Source: Candidatus Eiseniibacteriota bacterium
Lineage (GTDB): Bacteria; Eisenbacteria; RBG-16-71-46; CAIMUX01; VGJL01
NCBI GenBank assembly: GCA_041946735.1
Contig: JBHGAY010000002.1
Coordinates: forward strand, 128,001 to 192,000
Reading direction: 5' to 3'
DNA length: 64,000 bases
Part shown: positions 49,026-58,225 of the stretch, in pieces
Position numbering within the stretch: position 1 is the stretch's first letter
Layout: every line of letters starts with the position of its first letter
Program-made: the position numbers and the translations under genes
Notes under the pieces: generated by a model
Databases searched by the model: none
What the model saw: the letters and a program-made list of their open reading frames with translations, nothing else
Told to the model about the DNA's origin: nothing

Positions 49026-51935
49026 ATGAAGTCCTGCATCTTGCGCGGGGTGCGCACCCACAATCTCAAGGGAATCGACGTCGAGGTCCCGTTCGGGAAA
49101 CTGACGGCGGTGACCGGCGTCTCGGGTTCCGGCAAGTCGAGCCTCGTATTCGACACGATCTACGCCGAAGGGCAGCGGCGATTCGTCGACTGCCTCTCGA
49201 CGTACGCGCGCCAGTTCCTCGAGAGGCTCGACCGGCCCGACGCGGACTTCATCGGTCACCTCGAACCGCCCGTGTCGCTCGCGCAGGCGGCCTCGGTCCG
49301 CAACGCCCGCTCCACCGTGGGGACGATGAGCGAGTTGAGCGACGCGCTGCACCTGCTCTTCGCCCACGCGGGCGAGGCGCACTGTCCCGGGTGCGGGGCG
49401 CCGCTCGCCCGCCTCTCGGTCGAGCGGGCCGTGGAGTCGATCCTTGCGCGGGCCGCCGCCGAGAAGCTGTGCCTTACGGCGCCGGTCGGGGTGGCCCGCG
49501 ATCGCGAAGCGGCGGGCGGAGCGGCGACGCCGGTCGTGCCCTCGCTCCTCCAGCAGGGGTACACCCGGGTGCTGATCGACGGGCGGCTGCGCGACTGGCC
49601 GGACGAATGGGTCACCGAAGCGCCGGCGAAGGCCTTAGCGGGCGAAGGCGGCGGATTGCCGGTCGATTTCACCATCCCCGATCGATTCGAAGTGGTCGTC
49701 GACCGTTTCGCGGGACGGTCGGCGGTGTCGCGATCGCGGATCGAGGAGTCAGTCCGGGGCGCCTGGGAGATCGGGCGCGGCGAGGCGATCCTCTACTGCA
49801 TCGACGCGGACGGCGAAAGCGCGCGGGAGGTGGCGAGGCTTCGCGAAGGGACCTCGTGCCCGAACTGCGGCATGCCGGCGGAGGCGCTCCGCCCGCAGCT
49901 CTTCTCGCCGAACACCGCGCTCGGGGCATGCCCGGATTGCGAGGGGTTCGGCCGAACGATCACGATCGATCCGGACAAGGTCGTCCCCGATCCGCGAAAG
50001 TGTCTCCGCGAGGACGCCGTCGTCCCGTTCCGGATGCCGTCGGCGAGACCGTGGCGCCGCCGGATGCTTCGCGCCGCGGTGGACGAGGGGATTCGCGCCG
50101 ATGTCCCGTGGCGCGACATGACGGAGGCGGAGCGCCGCTGGGTTTTCTCCGGCTCCCCGGCGGCCCGCACCGGCGACCGCCGATTCCCCGGCGTGCTCGC
50201 GTTCTTCCGGCGGCTCGAGCGCAAGCGCTACAGGATGCACGTGCGGATCTTCCTGGCGCGCTTCCGCGGCTACGTTCCGTGCTCGTCGTGCGCAGGCACG
50301 CGCCTGCGCCCGGCGGCGCGTGCCGTGACGATCGACGGGCGCTCGCTACCCGAGATGCAGGCGATGGCGGTCTCCGACCTCCGCCGCTTCTTTGATTCCC
50401 TCGAGCTACCGGCATCGCGTGCGGCGCGGGTCGCGAAGGTCCTCGAGGAGATCCGTTCGCGACTCGCGTGCCTCGACGACGTGGGCCTCGGCTACCTCTC
50501 CCTGGATCGCGCATCGCGCACGCTGAGCGGAGGCGAGACGCAGAGGCTGCGGCTCGCGGCGGCGATCGGCTCCTCGCTGACGAGGACGCTGTACGTCCTC
50601 GACGAGCCGACGGTCGGCCTCCACGCTCGTGATTCCGCGCGCGTGCGCGACGTGCTGCGGTCGATCACCGCCCGCGGGAGCAGCGTCCTCGTCGTCGAGC
50701 ACGACCCGATCGTGATCGAGGGGTCGGATCACTTGATCGTCCTGGGCCCGGAGGGGGGCGAGGCGGGCGGCCACCTCCTCTATCAGGGCCCATCCCCGAT
50801 CTTCCTCGGCGAAAACCGGCACTTCTTCCGCTGCGACCGGCCCGCGGGGCGACTCGACCCGCGCGCGCCGGCGTTGCGGCTGACCGGCGTGCGTCAGCAC
50901 AACGTCGACATCCCTTCGCTGTCCATCCCCCTCGGCGGGATCGTCGTGATCGCCGGCGTCTCGGGATCCGGGAAATCGACCCTGCTCGAGGACGTGCTGT
51001 ATCGCAACCGGCTCCGCTGGGAAGGCAAGGCGGTCGAGGAGGTCGGACGGGTCGCATCGATCGAAGGGTTCGAGGCGATCGAGGAAGCCCTTCTCGTCGG
51101 GCAGGAGCCGCTCGGCCGCTCCGTCCGCTCGAGCCCGGTCACCTTCACCGGCGCCTTCCCGCGCATCCGCGCCCTCCTCGCGGCGACAGCCGGCGCGCGC
51201 GAGCGCCGCCTCACCGCCCGCCACTTCTCCTTCAACGTCCCGGGCGGACGGTGCGAGACCTGCAAAGGGCTCGGGACCGTCCTGCTCGAGATGCACTTCC
51301 TCCCCGACGTGGAGGTCGCGTGCGAGACGTGCGGAGGAAAGCGGTTCCGGCCCGATGTCCTCGAGGTCCGCCACAAGGGGAAGAACATCCTCGGGATCCT
51401 CGAGATGACGGTGGACGAGGCGGCCCTCTTCTTCGCCTCGTCGCCCGCGATCGCCCGCGACCTCGCGCCTCTGCAGCAGGTCGGTCTCGGGTATCTGCGC
51501 CTTGGCCAGCCGACCTCGACGCTTTCGGGAGGCGAGGCGCAGCGTCTCCGTCTCGCCGCCTTCCTCGCCGCTCCCCGGAAAAAGGGACGGCGCCTGCTCC
51601 TCTTCGACGAGCCGACAACCGGTCTCCATGCTCGCGACGTCGCCCGGCTCCTCGACGCCTTCGACGCCCTCGTGGCGCGCGGCGACTCGATTCTCGTCGT
51701 CGAGCATCATCTCGACCTGATCCGAGCGGCGGCGTGGGTGATCGAACTGGGACCCGGGCCCGGCGAGGCAGGCGGCAAGGTCGTCTACGAAGGAGCGCCC
51801 GACGGGCTGCTCGAGCCGGCGATCGGGACGGCGACGGCCAAGGCGTTGCGCGAGCGTACACTTGGCGGCGAGCGAGGCCGCCGGAGCGCTCGTGCGCGGG
51901 GCCTCCCCTCGGACCGCGCGGCCTTCACCGGGTGA
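49026..51935 (+). CDS. uvrA: UvrA-family ABC ATPase (excinuclease subunit A-like)
   Basis: HNLK, TGVSGSGKSSL, YAEGQRR, zinc-binding CxxC pairs, two LSGGE signatures, DEPT.GLH, FSFNVPGGRCETC. Confidence 0.9.
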   Translation: MKSCILRGVRTHNLKGIDVEVPFGKLTAVTGVSGSGKSSLVFDTIYAEGQRRFVDCLSTYARQFLERLDRPDADFIGHLEPPVSLAQAASVRNARSTVGTMSELSDALHLLFAHAGEAHCPGCGAPLARLSVERAVESILARAAAEKLCLTAPVGVARDREAAGGAATPVVPSLLQQGYTRVLIDGRLRDWPDEWVTEAPAKALAGEGGGLPVDFTIPDRFEVVVDRFAGRSAVSRSRIEESVRGAWEIGRGEAILYCIDADGESAREVARLREGTSCPNCGMPAEALRPQLFSPNTALGACPDCEGFGRTITIDPDKVVPDPRKCLREDAVVPFRMPSARPWRRRMLRAAVDEGIRADVPWRDMTEAERRWVFSGSPAARTGDRRFPGVLAFFRRLERKRYRMHVRIFLARFRGYVPCSSCAGTRLRPAARAVTIDGRSLPEMQAMAVSDLRRFFDSLELPASRAARVAKVLEEIRSRLACLDDVGLGYLSLDRASRTLSGGETQRLRLAAAIGSSLTRTLYVLDEPTVGLHARDSARVRDVLRSITARGSSVLVVEHDPIVIEGSDHLIVLGPEGGEAGGHLLYQGPSPIFLGENRHFFRCDRPAGRLDPRAPALRLTGVRQHNVDIPSLSIPLGGIVVIAGVSGSGKSTLLEDVLYRNRLRWEGKAVEEVGRVASIEGFEAIEEALLVGQEPLGRSVRSSPVTFTGAFPRIRALLAATAGARERRLTARHFSFNVPGGRCETCKGLGTVLLEMHFLPDVEVACETCGGKRFRPDVLEVRHKGKNILGILEMTVDEAALFFASSPAIARDLAPLQQVGLGYLRLGQPTSTLSGGEAQRLRLAAFLAAPRKKGRRLLLFDEPTTGLHARDVARLLDAFDALVARGDSILVVEHHLDLIRAAAWVIELGPGPGEAGGKVVYEGAPDGLLEPAIGTATAKALRERTLGGERGRRSARARGLPSDRAAFTG

Positions 51936-51937
51936 AC

Positions 51938-51971
51938 GATCGAGGGATCGAGGGATCGAGGGATAGCGAGG
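51938..51971. repeat. 8-bp tandem repeat GATCGAGG x3 plus one degenerate copy
   Basis: gatcgagg gatcgagg gatcgagg gatagcgagg immediately after the uvrA stop. Confidence 0.9.
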
Positions 51972-52068
51972 AAGCTCAGGGTCGGTCGAAGCTGCCGGAC
52001 CCAGGACCAGCACCAACCTCTCGTACGCCGGTTTATCGACCGTGCACAGCCTGCGTAATTCATGAAGA

Positions 52069-52113
52069 ATGACCTCGATGTAATGAACTTTCGAACGTAA
52101 CTTGATTTACAAT
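52069..52113 (+). promoter_or_regulatory. AT-rich promoter with a CusR/CopR/CzcR-like box (ATGAC-N6-GTAAT) and TACAAT -10
   Basis: ATGAC ctcgat GTAAT at 52069-52084; TACAAT at 52108-52113; no good -35. Confidence 0.55.
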
Positions 52114-52207
52114 CCGCGCCAGTGGGCCGGGAATCGTCCCGGCATCCGGCTACTCCCAGACTCGCTACCCCGGGCCGATCTCCTCGCCCGGGACACGTAG
52201 GAGCGCC

Positions 52208-53365
52208 GTGAAAGAATCCGCTTCGGAAGTTCAGGTCCTGATCGTGTCGGACTCGAAGGAGCAGATTCGGAGGATCGAATCGGCTCTACGTGACAGCTCC
52301 TCGCCTGAACTCTCGTTCATGCCGGTGCCGCTCGCGCGGCTCGATGACGCGTTGCTCGACCGCGCCTGGGATGTCGCGGTCTGCGCTCCTCCCCCGCTCA
52401 CGATCGCCCCGGATCTGCTTGCGCGCTTGCGCGCGGTCGGCTCCCCACGTCCGGTGATCGGAATGGTGGAGGGCGACGCCGAGGAGATCGCGGCGCGGAC
52501 GATCCGCGAGGGAGGAAGCGGCTGTCTCGCGACCTCCCGCCTCGACCAGCTCCCGCACCTGATCGAGGAGGCGTTGCGCGAGGACCGGACCCGGCGGGAC
52601 GAGCGTCGACGGATCGAACAGGAGAAGATCGAGTCGATCCGCGAGCTCGCGTCGGGCGTCTCCCACGAAGTCAAGAATCCGCTCACCGTCATCCTGATGG
52701 GGATCGACTTCCTCTCGCGCAAGACGCGCTCCCAAGACGAGGAGATGCTCGCCGTTCTGAAGGACATGGGGGACGCGGTCCGCCGCGTCAACGAGGTGAT
52801 CCTCGGGCTGCGGGAGCTGGCGGCGCCGCAAGCGATCGAGCTGCGGAACGAATCGATCGTCGATGTTCTGGAACGCGCGCTCCGTCAGGTGCGCCACGAG
52901 TTCGAGAAGGCCGGCATCACGGTGCGCCGGGAGATCGATCCGTCGATCGCTCCGTTCCCGCTCGACGGGACGAAGATGGAGCAGGCGTTCGTCAACCTGC
53001 TGCTCAGCTCCTCGCAGGCGATGCCGCAGGGAGGGACGATCCGGATCCGCATCCTCGAGAGGGGCGAGGGGGACCCTGGCTCGGGCGCCGGGGGCCGCAC
53101 GCTCCAGATCGAGATCGAGGACGACGGTTCGAGTGTGCCGGAGCAGGAGATCGAGCATCTCTTCGATCCGTTCTATGCCTCGAAGACCGCGGGGCGCGGA
53201 ACCGGCGTCGCATTGACCGTAGTCAAGCGGATCGTCGAGATGCACGGCGGTTCGGTTCGGCTGCAGAACCGGCGCGAGGGGGGCGTGCAGATGACCCTGT
53301 CGCTTTCGAGCCCCGGGCAGGAGGAGCCGGCGGCGCTCCTGCGGGGGCGGGAGCGCTCCTCGTGA
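52208..53365 (+). CDS. Histidine kinase-like protein: pseudo-receiver, HisKA and degenerate HATPase
   Basis: H-box VSHEVKNPL intact; N-box NLLLSSSQA, G1 DDGSSV and G2 GTGVAL deviate from consensus; REC lacks the phosphoacceptor Asp (DVAVCA). Confidence 0.85.
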   Translation: MKESASEVQVLIVSDSKEQIRRIESALRDSSSPELSFMPVPLARLDDALLDRAWDVAVCAPPPLTIAPDLLARLRAVGSPRPVIGMVEGDAEEIAARTIREGGSGCLATSRLDQLPHLIEEALREDRTRRDERRRIEQEKIESIRELASGVSHEVKNPLTVILMGIDFLSRKTRSQDEEMLAVLKDMGDAVRRVNEVILGLRELAAPQAIELRNESIVDVLERALRQVRHEFEKAGITVRREIDPSIAPFPLDGTKMEQAFVNLLLSSSQAMPQGGTIRIRILERGEGDPGSGAGGRTLQIEIEDDGSSVPEQEIEHLFDPFYASKTAGRGTGVALTVVKRIVEMHGGSVRLQNRREGGVQMTLSLSSPGQEEPAALLRGRERSS

Positions 53366-53375
53366 GCGGCTCGGG

Positions 53376-53520
53376 AGTTCTTCGGTAGGTTCGAGAAGTT
53401 GGAACGTTCGTGAAGTGTCGAGAGGTTCGAAAAGGCCGGGAAGTACGGTGTGAACGGGCGCCGGCCACGCGAGAGAGAGCGGAGAACGGAAAACGGAGAA
53501 TGTGAACGTGGACGTGAACA
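53376..53520. repeat. Degenerate intergenic short tandem repeats (9-, 7- and 6-mers)
   Basis: ggttcgaga agttggaac gttcgtgaa...; cggagaa cggaaaa cggagaa; gtgaac gtggac gtgaac. Confidence 0.65.
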
Positions 53521-53581
53521 AGGATCGCGGACCTTTCGTGCTCGGGTTCCCTGAGGGAAGCACAGGATTCGGAGGTGGACC

Positions 53582-54358
53582 ATGCGGATCTTGGTAGTCG
53601 AGGACGATGCGCGCGTAGCGAGTTTCATTCGGCGCGGGCTGCGGGAGGCGCAGTACGTCGTCGATCTTGCCACCGACGGGGAGCAGGGGCTCTACATGGC
53701 GCAGGAGGGAGACTACGACCTCATCGTGCTCGATGTCCTGCTGCCGAAGAAGAACGGCTTCGAAGTGGTCAAGTCGCTGCGGGACCAGTCGAACACGGTG
53801 CCGGTCCTGATCCTCACCGCTCGTGAGGGGATGAAGGACAAGGTGGCTGGCCTCGACTCGGGAGCCGACGACTATCTGACGAAGCCGTTCGGCTTCGAGG
53901 AGCTGCTGGCGCGCGTCCGCGCTCTGCTGCGGCGGCGCGGATACGAGGTGCAAACGGTCCTGAAGGCAGGCGACCTCGAGCTGGACACGCTGCGGCGAAA
54001 GGCGATGCGGGGTGGCAAGCAGCTCACCCTGACGAACCGCGAGTACGGGCTGCTCGAGTTCCTGCTCCGCAGGCCGAACCAGGTCGTGACGCGGACGATG
54101 CTCGCCGAGCACGTTTGGGAGCAGGACTTCGATCCGTTCTCGAACGTGATCGACGTCCACATCGCCCGCCTGCGCCGCAAGATCGACGACAGCTTCGAGC
54201 CGAAGCTTCTGCAAACCGTGCGAGGAAGCGGATACATGCTTCAGGTTCCGCAGTCTCTGGAGCAGCCGAACTTGACGGCGCAGGGTCAGGGCCCGGCGCA
54301 GGAGAGTGGGGCGGCCGTGCACAAGGCTCCCGCGGAGCCAACCGGAGCAGAAGGATAG
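53582..54358 (+). CDS. OmpR-family response regulator, CusR/CopR/CzcR-like
   Basis: MRILVVEDD, LIVLDVLLP, LILTA, GADDYLTKPF, LTNREYGLL, EHVW, SNVIDVHIARLRRKID, TVRGSGY; GGAGG RBS. Confidence 0.93.
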   Translation: MRILVVEDDARVASFIRRGLREAQYVVDLATDGEQGLYMAQEGDYDLIVLDVLLPKKNGFEVVKSLRDQSNTVPVLILTAREGMKDKVAGLDSGADDYLTKPFGFEELLARVRALLRRRGYEVQTVLKAGDLELDTLRRKAMRGGKQLTLTNREYGLLEFLLRRPNQVVTRTMLAEHVWEQDFDPFSNVIDVHIARLRRKIDDSFEPKLLQTVRGSGYMLQVPQSLEQPNLTAQGQGPAQESGAAVHKAPAEPTGAEG

Positions 54359-54423
54359 AGAAAGGCCAGAGATCCCCGGCAAGAACCGCGCTGAGATTCC
54401 GCTCCCGGCGCGCGGATTCGATC

Positions 54424-54596
54424 GTTTGCCCGTTGGCCTTTGGCCCCTTGCCCGTCGCTCTTTGGCCGTTGCCTGACGCTCGCCGGCCGTTGTCCGTTGG
54501 CCGTTGCCCGTTGGCCGTTGCCCGTTGGCCGTCTTGGCCGGCCGACCAGCCCTCCGATCGATCGATGGATCGATTGCCGGATAGACAATCGATCGG
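54424..54596. repeat. Heptamer tandem array (CCGTTGS) followed by a GATC-rich inverted-repeat tract
   Basis: ccgttgt ccgttgg ccgttgc ccgttgg ccgttgc ccgttgg; then ccgatcgatcgatggatcgattg...caatcgatcgg. Confidence 0.85.
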
Positions 54597-54804
54597 GCGC
54601 ATGGCGAGCCGCTTCGGATAGTTCCACCTCGGCTCCCCGTCGCGATTCGCGGCGGGGAGCCTCGTTCCATGGCCCCTTCTTTCCCTCCTCTCCTTCTCCC
54701 TTCCTCCCTCCTTCCCCGGCGAGGATGAAGCAGATGTAACAGCCGTTTCATCGTCACGTCATCTCGCCCTCCTATAGTTCTCGACAGGGAAAGGAGAAGA
54801 GACC

Positions 54805-55020
54805 GTGTTGCGGACTGCCAAGGACGGGCGCGAGGAGTGCCCTTACTGCGGGGCCGCCCTCTACTCCGCGTCCGAGCTTCAGAAGCACCAGATGTCGTGC
54901 ACGCTCTTGTTGGAGAACACGGAAGGCATCGAGACCGGCGACGAGAACGAGGCCGGTAGTCCTGTCGAGGAAGGGCATCCTGTGGAACTGGCGCCGGCGC
55001 GTTCTCGCCGGCCGTCCTGA
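54805..55020 (+). CDS. Small C2HC zinc-finger protein with acidic tail (71 aa)
   Basis: AAGGAG RBS; TATAGT -10 at 54773; C-x2-C-x3-L-x5-L-x2-H-x3-C. Confidence 0.7.
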   Translation: MLRTAKDGREECPYCGAALYSASELQKHQMSCTLLLENTEGIETGDENEAGSPVEEGHPVELAPARSRRPS

Positions 55021-55150
55021 CCGCCTCAAGACAGGGCGCCGCGCGGACATTGCGGGATCGGTCCGGAAGATGGGACGGGCGCAATAGATTCGGCCGGGAA
55101 CCGAGCGGTTCCAATGCGACCGCCTCACTGCTCCCGGAAGCGTGATCCGG

Positions 55151-55243
55151 AAGCCGCGATCGAGGAGGCAGGGGTGGGAAGACGTTTCCGACCCAGCGGC
55201 AAGGTGGTACCCAAGGTCAACTGCCTGTCCTCGATCGCGGCTT
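55151..55243. other. Long inverted repeat enclosing an internal hairpin (structured RNA or REP/MITE-like candidate)
   Basis: AAGCCGCGATCGAGGA+GGCAG pairs with CTGCC+(TG)+TCCTCGATCGCGGCTT; inner GGGTGGGAA/TTCCGACCC hairpin. Confidence 0.6.
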
Positions 55244-55431
55244 GCTCGTAGTCGTCGAAGAACAACGAGAAGACAACGAGTGGAACGAGCCGTAGGGGCG
55301 CCCCTGTGCGTTCGCCGCACACGCCGTTCCTGTTACCGCATCCGCTTCCTGTGCGTTTGCTTCGGCGTCTCCTCGATCGACACCTCTCTGGCGCGGCGGC
55401 CGCGGCGGAGAAGGCTCCGCGGAAAGGGGCG

Positions 55432-55620
55432 ATGATGACGATCGTGGTTACCCTCTGCCTCGCGGCCATCCTGGCGTTCGTCGGCCTTCTCGCCGGGCCG
55501 CCCGAGATCGCCCGCGCTTCTCAGGCGCTCTTCCTCTGCGCCCTCATCTTCACAGCGATCGCCTTGCTGTTTGCCCCCGACCGCGCGACCGAGATCAAAA
55601 CGAGGCACCGAAGATCCTGA
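55432..55620 (+). CDS. Small two-TM membrane protein, DUF1328-like
   Basis: AAGGGG RBS; two hydrophobic helices joined by a short G/P linker; basic tail. Confidence 0.55.
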   Translation: MMTIVVTLCLAAILAFVGLLAGPPEIARASQALFLCALIFTAIALLFAPDRATEIKTRHRRS

Positions 55621-55896
55621 GCCTCCGATCCTGAGCCTCGACCGCTTCGAACCGTCCTGGTCGCCACTCACGCATCGCCGTCCCCGCTGACCGGCCACCG
55701 GTTTTCGCGCTCTCGGGAGTTCGGTCCCCGATCGCCCGGGTGGCCCTTGCGCGCCATCACGCCTCGATTCACCATGCTTCGGAGCCAAGAGGGATTTCGG
55801 GTCGCGAACGCCGCGGCCGGTCCCTCCCTCGGTCCCCGGACCGTCGATCCTCTCCTCCGGCGACCGAGACCGGAGCATGCCGAACGGAGGTCCCGG

Positions 55897-58143
55897 ATGC
55901 CGCCGCGTTCCCGCCGATCCCGCCCGAAGCCCGCCGGACGCTCTCCTCGTTCTCCCCGTCGTGCGTCGACCCTGCCTCCCTCCGAGAAGCCCCGGCGCGG
56001 CCGCGATCGCTTGACGGCCGAGATCCTCTGGAGCCTTCCGAGAGTCGGCGAGCCGTGCGTGGCTGCCGCGGGGGACCGCCTGGTCGTCCCGGTGACGACC
56101 TACTCCATGGAGAAGAACGAGGGGAAGACGCGGCTCTGGCTGATCCCGGGGGATGCGGCGGGCGCGGGCCGGGGAGGGCGAGGGGACGCGGCACGACCGC
56201 TCACCTCCGCCGATACCTCGTCGACGCAGCCCGCGCTCAGCCCGGACGGCACGAAGCTTCTGTTCGTCCGCAAGGCGCCGCGCGGCTCCTCCTCGTCGGC
56301 GACCGACGCGGGCCAGCCCCCCGAGGCGCCGCAGCTCTTCCTGATGACGCTCGAAGGCGGCGAGCCCGAGAGGCTCACCGATCTCCCCTTTGGCGTGGCC
56401 GATCCGCGCTGGTTTCCCGACGGCCGCCGGGTCGCCTTCCTCGCGCCGGTCTTCGCAAGCGATCCCTCGATCGAAGGAACGGAGAAACGCGCGAAGAAGC
56501 TCGACGACGATCCGGTGAAGGTCCGCGTGACCGAAGACCGCGTCTACCGCTATTGGGACCACTGGTTGACCGACGGGAAGGTCCATCATCTCTTCGTCCT
56601 CGACCTCGCGACGCGCGCGATGAGCGACCTGACGCCCGAGTCGGATCGCTGGTTCGACCTGGACGATCCGTCCGATCAGTACCGGATCGCCCCGGACGGT
56701 TCGGAGATCGTCTTCTCCGCCTGTCGCACGCGACCGCCACACATGCTCCTGCAGTGGGGCATCTACCGCGTCGCCGTGCCCGCGCGGCTCTCTCCCCGCT
56801 CGGCGCCGCGCGCCCGCGAGCTCACGGGCGGCAAGTGGGCCCAAGCGCTTCGCCCCGTCTATTCCCCCGATGGACGATGGATCCTGTATGGGATGCAGCG
56901 TGAGGTGGACTTCTATGCAGACAAGGTCCGTCTCGTCGCGCTGAACCGGTCCTCGGGCGAGCACCACGTCCTGACGGAGGATTGGGATCTCTCCGCATCC
57001 GGATGGGAGTTCGCGGAAGATTCGTCGCTCGTCTGGCTTCAAGCGGAGGCGGAGGGCCGGACGGCTCTCTTCACGCTTGATTTCGCGGCCGCGCTCCGCG
57101 GAACCGGCAAGCGGGCGATTCGCGAGCGAGTCCGCGGGGGAACGATCGGAGCCCCTCGCGTCGGCGGAGGGAGGGTCTTCGCAAGCCTCTCCAGCCTGGG
57201 ACGGCCGCCCGAGATCGTGCGCTTCGATCCCCGGCGACGAGTGCTGACGGCGATCACGGATTTCACCGGGCCTCGCATGCGACGGATCGAGCTGGCGGAG
57301 GTCGAGGAGGAGGTGTTCCCGGGCGCAAACGGCGAACCGGTGCAGATGTTCCTGCTGCGACCGAAGAGGAGCAGGCCGCCGTCGACGCGCGGCGCCGTCC
57401 AGCGGGGGCGCCGCGCGAGTGAAGCGCTGCCGCTCGTGCACATGGTGCACGGCGGACCGCATGGCGCGTTCCTCGACCAGTGGCACTGGCGCTGGAACGC
57501 GCAGGCATTCGCCGCCCCCGGCTTCCTCGTCGCGATGGTGAACTTTCACGGCTCGACGGGCTGGGGGCAGAAGTTCTGCGCGTCGATCCAAGGGAGCTGG
57601 GGGGACGCGCCGTACCGGGACGTGATGGCGGCGACGGATCGACTCATCGAGCGCGGCCTCGTCGATCCCAGGCGGATGGCGGTCGCGGGCGGCTCCTACG
57701 GCGGGTATCTCGCCTGCTGGATCGCTTCGCAGACCGACCGGTTCGCGGCGATCGTGAATCACGCCGGCGTGTCGGACTTCCAGACGCAGTACGCCACCGA
57801 CTTGACGCAAGGCCGTCCACGCGCGATGGGCGGATCGCTCTGGGACGACATCGAGGGGATGGACCGATACAACCCGATCCGGCATGCCGCAGGCTTCCGC
57901 TCCCCGATGCTCGTCATCCACGGGGAGCGAGACTATCGGGTGCCTTACGATCAGGGGCTCGAGGTCTACAACGTGTACAAGGCGCGAGGCCTCCCTGCCC
58001 GCCTCGTCTGCTATCCCGACGAGAATCACTGGATCTTGAAGCCGCGGAACAGCCGGCACTGGTACGCCGAGGTGCTGAGCTGGCTCGAGCGGTGGCTGCG
58101 TGCCGGATCCGCCCGGCGGGGGGCATCGGCCGCGGAGAGATAG
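55897..58143 (+). CDS. S9 family (prolyl oligopeptidase/acylaminoacyl) peptidase
   Basis: PD40-type propeller (SPDG), HGGPH, GSTGWG, GGSYGG, DYRVP, DENHWI; GGAGG RBS. Confidence 0.93.
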   Translation: MPPRSRRSRPKPAGRSPRSPRRASTLPPSEKPRRGRDRLTAEILWSLPRVGEPCVAAAGDRLVVPVTTYSMEKNEGKTRLWLIPGDAAGAGRGGRGDAARPLTSADTSSTQPALSPDGTKLLFVRKAPRGSSSSATDAGQPPEAPQLFLMTLEGGEPERLTDLPFGVADPRWFPDGRRVAFLAPVFASDPSIEGTEKRAKKLDDDPVKVRVTEDRVYRYWDHWLTDGKVHHLFVLDLATRAMSDLTPESDRWFDLDDPSDQYRIAPDGSEIVFSACRTRPPHMLLQWGIYRVAVPARLSPRSAPRARELTGGKWAQALRPVYSPDGRWILYGMQREVDFYADKVRLVALNRSSGEHHVLTEDWDLSASGWEFAEDSSLVWLQAEAEGRTALFTLDFAAALRGTGKRAIRERVRGGTIGAPRVGGGRVFASLSSLGRPPEIVRFDPRRRVLTAITDFTGPRMRRIELAEVEEEVFPGANGEPVQMFLLRPKRSRPPSTRGAVQRGRRASEALPLVHMVHGGPHGAFLDQWHWRWNAQAFAAPGFLVAMVNFHGSTGWGQKFCASIQGSWGDAPYRDVMAATDRLIERGLVDPRRMAVAGGSYGGYLACWIASQTDRFAAIVNHAGVSDFQTQYATDLTQGRPRAMGGSLWDDIEGMDRYNPIRHAAGFRSPMLVIHGERDYRVPYDQGLEVYNVYKARGLPARLVCYPDENHWILKPRNSRHWYAEVLSWLERWLRAGSARRGASAAER

Positions 58144-58225
58144 GCCTCGCTTGGACGGCCGGTCGCTCTGGCTCCCGAATCGGCGGGCAGGCGCAGCCGG
58201 CCGATGGGATCGCGAGCGCGTCTCG

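Noticed and set aside
53376..54596. Repeat tracts as a CRISPR array
   Set aside because: Units are 6-9 bp and contiguous, with no spacers and no cas genes.
55151..55243. Hammerhead or HDV ribozyme, tRNA, or known riboswitch
   Set aside because: No CUGANGA core, no HDV pseudoknot pattern and no T-loop/cloverleaf seen; kept only as an unassigned structure.
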